Shown here: positions 59,568-64,000 of the stretch, one piece after another | How the letters are laid out: each line of letters starts with the position of its first letter | Position numbering within the stretch: the stretch's first letter is position 1 | Assembly: GCA_015233165.1 (NCBI GenBank) | Contig: JADFYF010000002.1 | Span: forward strand, 14,517-78,516 | Reading direction: 5' to 3' | Length of the DNA: 64,000 nt | Source of the DNA: Candidatus Omnitrophota bacterium | Lineage (GTDB): Bacteria > Omnitrophota > Gorgyraeia > Zapsychrales > Fredricksoniimonadaceae | Notes under the pieces: model-generated | What the model was told of the DNA's origin: nothing | What the model saw: the letters and a program-made list of their open reading frames with translations, nothing else | Databases searched by the model: none | Translations under genes and position numbers: made by a program

Positions 59568-60302
59568 ATGAAAGAACTTCTTGCTGAGATTGACAAGCTT
59601 CAAAAAGAAATTAACGCGATGAGGCCACTTTCGCCGCGAACACTGAAGCAATTAAAGGAGTATTATTGTGTTGGTTTAACTTATTCTAGTAATGCCATAG
59701 AAGGGAATTCTCTTACTGAGTCTGAGACAAAGATAATCTTAGAAGAAGGCATCACTATAGGAGGAAAGCCGCTGAAGGATCATTATGAAGTTATTGGGCA
59801 TGGGGAAGCCTACAATTATCTTTATACATTAGCCAAGAAAGAGATTTTTACAGAGGACGACCTAAAGCAGCTGCATAAATTCTTTTACCGGCGCATTAAT
59901 GAAGAAGAAGCAGGAGAATATCGAAAAGAAGCCGTGTTTATTTCCGGTTCTCACTATCCCATGCCAACACCAAAGAAGGTGCCAGTTTTGATGAAGGATT
60001 TTATTAAGAATATTAAAAGTGTCGGGGGAAAACGGCATCCGGTAGAGTATGCTGCTATGGCACATAAGGAGTTTGTATTTATTCATCCATTTATTGATGG
60101 CAACGGCAGGGTTGCAAGATTACTCATGAACCTCATACTTTTACAAAAAGGATACTGCTTGGCTATTATTCCTCCAATTCTTCGGATGGAGTATGTCAAG
60201 GCGTTAGAGAAGGCCCATACGGATGATAAGGAATTTGTACAATTTATTGCTAAGACGGTTCGGGAAACACAGAAGGATTACTTAAGGCTTTTTAAAGGAT
60301 AG
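59568..60302 (+). CDS. Fic family protein (class II, with an intramolecular inhibitory helix)
   Basis: Fic motif HPFIDGNGRVARLL. N-terminal inhibitory motif SNAIEGN (S/TxxxEG/N). Confidence 0.85.
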   Translation: MKELLAEIDKLQKEINAMRPLSPRTLKQLKEYYCVGLTYSSNAIEGNSLTESETKIILEEGITIGGKPLKDHYEVIGHGEAYNYLYTLAKKEIFTEDDLKQLHKFFYRRINEEEAGEYRKEAVFISGSHYPMPTPKKVPVLMKDFIKNIKSVGGKRHPVEYAAMAHKEFVFIHPFIDGNGRVARLLMNLILLQKGYCLAIIPPILRMEYVKALEKAHTDDKEFVQFIAKTVRETQKDYLRLFKG

Positions 60303-60325
60303 TTTTTTTCAGAGGGAGGTGAACC

Positions 60326-61093
60326 ATGATTCAAAAAAGAAGTTCCTCTTTAAAACCAACAACCTTTGGCTATGGGTGGATTCCTGATATTCCTGATACG
60401 AGAGATTTGTATTACAGTGCCATTCGTCCAAAATTAAAGTTTCCTCCTTCTGTGGATTTACGATCGACTTGTTCTGCTGTTGAGAATCAGGGGCAGTTAG
60501 GCAGTTGTACGGCTAATGCTTTGGCTGGTAATTTGGAATTCTTGGATAAGAAGAATGATGGCATTTACACCGACGTGAGTCGGCTTTTTATTTATTTTAA
60601 TGAACGTGTTCTTGATGGTCATGAAGACTCTGATTCCGGAGCTTCGCTACGTAATGGAGTTAAGACCTTAGTTAAGATCGGTGTCTGTTTAGAAAAGAGT
60701 TGGCCGTATCAGATAAGCAAATTTTCTGATAAACCGACGACAGTTTGTTATAACGAAGCCAAGAAACATCGGATTGTTTCTTATCATAGGATTTTGAGTA
60801 TCAATGAAATGTTCGATTGTCTGTCACAAGGATTTCCATTTGTATTCGGTTTTACTGTCTATGAAAGTTTTGAATCTCCATTAATGGCTAAAACAGGCAA
60901 AGCGCAAATGCCCAATAAGGGCGAACGTGCCTTAGGAGGACATGCCGTGTTGGCCGTTGGGTATAATCAGAAAGACAAACGATTTTTAGTGCGTAATTCC
61001 TGGGGCGAAGGATGGGGCCTGGGCGGATATTTCACCATGCCTTTTGAATATGTAGAAACCTTGGCTAACGATTTCTGGACGATAAGGAAATAA
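60326..61093 (+). CDS. Papain-like (C1 family) cysteine peptidase with no signal peptide or propeptide
   Basis: Catalytic Cys context QGQLGSCTANALAG, His in GGHAVLAVGY, and Asn in NSWGEGWGLGGYF. GGAGG ribosome-binding site. Confidence 0.7.
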   Translation: MIQKRSSSLKPTTFGYGWIPDIPDTRDLYYSAIRPKLKFPPSVDLRSTCSAVENQGQLGSCTANALAGNLEFLDKKNDGIYTDVSRLFIYFNERVLDGHEDSDSGASLRNGVKTLVKIGVCLEKSWPYQISKFSDKPTTVCYNEAKKHRIVSYHRILSINEMFDCLSQGFPFVFGFTVYESFESPLMAKTGKAQMPNKGERALGGHAVLAVGYNQKDKRFLVRNSWGEGWGLGGYFTMPFEYVETLANDFWTIRK

Positions 61094-62007
61094 TGAAAAA
61101 AGTATTCATTGCTACAACAACATTTGCAGAAGATGATCCGTCTTTACTCAAAACCTTGGTTAAGGCGAAGATATCGCCGACGATGAATCCCTATGGTCGG
61201 CGTCTGAGTGAGATAGAAATCACAGATATTTTAGTGAAAGGTCAATATGACGGACTGCTGGCCGGACTTGAACCATTGACAGAAGTAGTGCTGACGCAGG
61301 CGAAGAGTTTGAAGGTGATTTCACGCGTTGGTGTGGGAATGGATAATATCGATCAGGTGGCTGCTAAGAAACTGGGGATTAAGGTCTTCAATACGCCAGG
61401 TGTTTTGACGGATGCGGTGGCCGAGTTAACTCTTGGGCTTATCCTGGCAGCGTTGCGTAAGATATCACTCTTGGATCGCAAGATGCGCGCTGGAGTGTGG
61501 GATAAGCAAATGGGAGCTCTACTCAAAGGAAAGACCGTCGGTATTGTGGGTTTTGGACATATTGGAACACGGGTTGCTGATTTAGTGTTGGCCTTTGGGG
61601 CTAAGGTTATTTTTACAGATGTGCGTAAGCTTAAAAAAGCGAAAGCCAAACAAGTTAGCTTAGCTCAGTTAATTAAGTTAGCAGATATCATCTCGTTGCA
61701 CTGTTCTGGCAAGGAAGCTTTAATTGGAGAAAAAGAAATTCAAGCAGCGAGGACAAATGTCATTATCATCAATACGGCCAGAGGTTCACTGATTGATGAG
61801 AAGCTGCTTCTGGAAGGTTTATCGTCGGGCAAGATTGCTTGTGCGGGTTTGGATGTTTTTTCAGAAGAGCCCTATAAGGGAGAGCTTTTGAAACAGGACA
61901 ATGTGATTCTGACACCGCATGTTGGTTCTTATGCTAAGGAAGCGCGGATTTTGATGGAGGCAATGGCGGTAGAGAATTTGATTCAGGGATTAAAGGGCAG
62001 GGAATAA
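61093..62007 (+). CDS. D-isomer-specific 2-hydroxyacid dehydrogenase family protein
   Basis: NAD-binding GKTVGIVGFGHIGTRVA. Catalytic His/Glu/Arg pattern in the C-terminal domain. Confidence 0.85.
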   Translation: MKKVFIATTTFAEDDPSLLKTLVKAKISPTMNPYGRRLSEIEITDILVKGQYDGLLAGLEPLTEVVLTQAKSLKVISRVGVGMDNIDQVAAKKLGIKVFNTPGVLTDAVAELTLGLILAALRKISLLDRKMRAGVWDKQMGALLKGKTVGIVGFGHIGTRVADLVLAFGAKVIFTDVRKLKKAKAKQVSLAQLIKLADIISLHCSGKEALIGEKEIQAARTNVIIINTARGSLIDEKLLLEGLSSGKIACAGLDVFSEEPYKGELLKQDNVILTPHVGSYAKEARILMEAMAVENLIQGLKGRE

Positions 62008-62657
62008 TGAAGGCCTTGATGTTTCTTTCGCATGTTTTAGATGAACAAACACCTACCTATGGCGGCAAGGGCAAGATATCCATTTTAAAAACTCGACAGA
62101 TGAGTAAAGGGGATCCCTGCAATGAAATGGCCTGGGCCTTTAGTGATCATGCGGGAACCCACGTCGATGCGCCAAAACATTTTATACAGAAGGGAAAAAC
62201 GATTGATCAATTCCTTCCAGAAGATTGGCTATTTAATACAGTTGAGTTGGTTGTTTTAAATGGCGTAAAAGCAGGGCAGATCATTGGGCCTGATGATATG
62301 CCGAGTCTCAATAAAGGCACAGAGTGTGTTTTGATTAAGACGGGGTATGAGCGTTTTCGTAAGACTCAAGCCTATTGGGATAATGCACCTGGTTTACACC
62401 CTGATCTGGCGGTTTGGCTTAAAAGAAGTTGTCCTAAGATTAGAGCTGTTGGAATGGATCTTATTTCTATTTCGAGTATTGGAAATCGTGAACTTGGACG
62501 TGCATCTCATCGTGAATTTCTAGGACGAGAAATCTTGCTTATTGAAGACATGAAACTTTCTGTGTTAAAGAAATCGCCGCATAAGGTATGGGTGGCACCT
62601 ATTCGTGTGAAGGATGCCGATGCTGCGCCTTGTTCTATCTTTGCGTGGAGTGTTTGA
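62007..62657 (+). CDS. Cyclase family protein (kynurenine formamidase-like, PF04199-type)
   Basis: The metal-binding motif HAGTHVDAPKHF is diagnostic of the family. Confidence 0.75.
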   Translation: MKALMFLSHVLDEQTPTYGGKGKISILKTRQMSKGDPCNEMAWAFSDHAGTHVDAPKHFIQKGKTIDQFLPEDWLFNTVELVVLNGVKAGQIIGPDDMPSLNKGTECVLIKTGYERFRKTQAYWDNAPGLHPDLAVWLKRSCPKIRAVGMDLISISSIGNRELGRASHREFLGREILLIEDMKLSVLKKSPHKVWVAPIRVKDADAAPCSIFAWSV

Positions 62658-63304
62658 TGAAGTTAAATGAACTGGTTTCAAAATATAAAGCGTTTATTTT
62701 TGATTTTGACGGCGTGATTGTGGACAGCATAGAAATCAAGTCGGAAGCTTTTGCGCAACTTTTTGTCGATTTGGGACCTGAAGTCATGGAGAAAGTCAAG
62801 GCCTATCATCTGAGTCATGGAGGTGTTTCACGTTACGAGAAGTTTAAATATTATTATCGTACATTTCGAGGAAGAGAAATCACCGCTGAAGAAAGCGCAG
62901 ACTTGGATCAGCAGTATTCAGATTTGGTGGTTCGTAAGGTGATTGAAGCAGATGCCATTCCTGGAGTGATGGATTTTCTATCTTTGATTAAGGCAAGTGG
63001 GAAATTTTGTTGTGTGGTGTCAGCGACACCGCAGGATGAAATTCGTTATATTGTTAAAGAACGTAAGTTGTCTAGTTTTTTTGTTGAAGTGTTAGGATCT
63101 CCTCGATCAAAGAAAGAAAATGTGGGGATTATTATTGATAAAAATGGGCTTGTGGCACAGGAGACGGTTTATTTTGGCGATGCGAAGAGTGATTATGAGG
63201 CGGCGAAGGCGTATGGGGTTAGTTTTATAGGGGTTACTTATAGTTTTGATGGTGAATTGAGAGATATTGAAGGAATTAAGAAAATAAAAGATTTCTCAAA
63301 TTAA
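62657..63304 (+). CDS. HAD-IA family hydrolase
   Basis: Motif I FIFDFDGVIVDS and motif IV YFGDAKSD. Start taken at ATG 62657. Confidence 0.75.
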   Translation: MKLNELVSKYKAFIFDFDGVIVDSIEIKSEAFAQLFVDLGPEVMEKVKAYHLSHGGVSRYEKFKYYYRTFRGREITAEESADLDQQYSDLVVRKVIEADAIPGVMDFLSLIKASGKFCCVVSATPQDEIRYIVKERKLSSFFVEVLGSPRSKKENVGIIIDKNGLVAQETVYFGDAKSDYEAAKAYGVSFIGVTYSFDGELRDIEGIKKIKDFSN

Positions 63305-63322
63305 GAAAATGGATATGCAAAA

Positions 63323-64000
63323 GTGGATTCTTTAAGAAAAAGATATATTTATAAAGTATTTGGCAATGTGGTTTCTTTCGCAGCAGGAGCGGCCATTCAG
63401 ACGATTATTCCCAGAGCCTTGGGGCCTGTTCAATATGGAAATTTTAATTTCTTGACTGACTTTTTTACTCAGGTAATGAGCTTTTTAAACATGGGGACAT
63501 CGACAGCTTTTTATACAAAGTTATCAAAACGTCCTGGAGAGCACAAGCTTACAACTTTTTATATGTTATATATCATAGCTGCAATAGGATTTTCTTTCTT
63601 AATGGTTTTTTTCTTCATCGGGTTAGGTTTTCAGAGAAAGTTATGGCCGGGACAAGAAATTGAGTATGTTTATGCTTCTATTTTGTTTGCAGGTCTTGTA
63701 TGGCTTGCAGGAAGTATTAATGATATGGTCGATGCGTATGGTTTAACAGTTGCTCTTGAGAAATCTAGATTTTTTCAGAAATTGGCAGGTGTCTTACTTA
63801 TTGTATTTATGCTTTCTCAAAAAATTATCTCTATGGGAACAATCTATTTTTATAATTATCTGTTGTGTTTTTTAGCAATATTGGTGTGTTTTTATATATC
63901 TCGCCGAGGATCCTCTTTAAAAGCGTTTGAAGGTTTGACTTTCTCTGAAAGTTGTGGATATTTGAAAGAATTTTATCAATATTCTCAACCTTTCTTTTTG
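63323..64000 (+). CDS. Wzx-like oligosaccharide flippase (polysaccharide biosynthesis protein), 3' end outside the window
   Basis: The open frame runs from 63305 to the window end and encodes successive TM helices typical of MOP/Wzx flippases. A GTG start at 63323 is assumed. Confidence 0.5.
   Translation, partial: MDSLRKRYIYKVFGNVVSFAAGAAIQTIIPRALGPVQYGNFNFLTDFFTQVMSFLNMGTSTAFYTKLSKRPGEHKLTTFYMLYIIAAIGFSFLMVFFFIGLGFQRKLWPGQEIEYVYASILFAGLVWLAGSINDMVDAYGLTVALEKSRFFQKLAGVLLIVFMLSQKIISMGTIYFYNYLLCFLAILVCFYISRRGSSLKAFEGLTFSESCGYLKEFYQYSQPFFL

Overview
This is a 64 kb window from an AT-rich diderm (Gram-negative) bacterial chromosome. LptD, a BtuB-like TonB-dependent receptor and LPS-core heptosyltransferases support the diderm assignment. 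Almost every gene is on the + strand.

The window is dominated by a long cell-envelope glycan locus (about 14.5-42 kb). It contains:
- nucleotide-sugar dehydrogenases, UDP-xylose synthase and GalE;
- a GDP-heptose activation set (HddA-like kinase, HddC-like nucleotidyltransferase, GmhB phosphatase);
- an Fcl-like reductase and a His-variant DegT-family dehydratase that looks ColD-like, plus a canonical DegT aminotransferase;
- a B12-binding radical SAM enzyme;
- a carbamoyltransferase with SxtJ-like, SGNH-like and DUF5989 (SxtK-like) partners;
- GT4, GT2 and two GT9 glycosyltransferases, a WaaL-like ligase and a GT28 (MGDG-synthase-like) gene apparently interrupted by a frameshift.

A second envelope-modification module lies at 52.7-58.9 kb: an acyltransferase-3, an N-terminal-domain/GT2 fusion, two tandem GT-C paralogues and a divergent GT-C-like protein on the - strand. 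A Wzx-like flippase runs off the 3' end.

Housekeeping genes include accD, fmt, gap, metF, a PriA-like protein, a ROK kinase, two GGDEF cyclases with a histidine kinase, and two tandem GalT-like genes.

There are two type II toxin-antitoxin-like pairs (RHH/RelE, DUF433/DUF5615) and a compact wHTH-Fic-papain-like peptidase operon with a strong promoter/operator. A probable cobalamin riboswitch precedes the TonB receptor.

The most unusual sequence-level signal is a family of GC-rich TAGGG...CCCTAC hairpin repeats in this AT-rich background. Two copies supply gene stop codons. One double-hairpin copy sits in frame inside a GT9 heptosyltransferase. A different GC-rich compound palindrome sits in frame in the first large ORF.

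No rRNA, tRNA, CRISPR, transposase or integrase was recognised.
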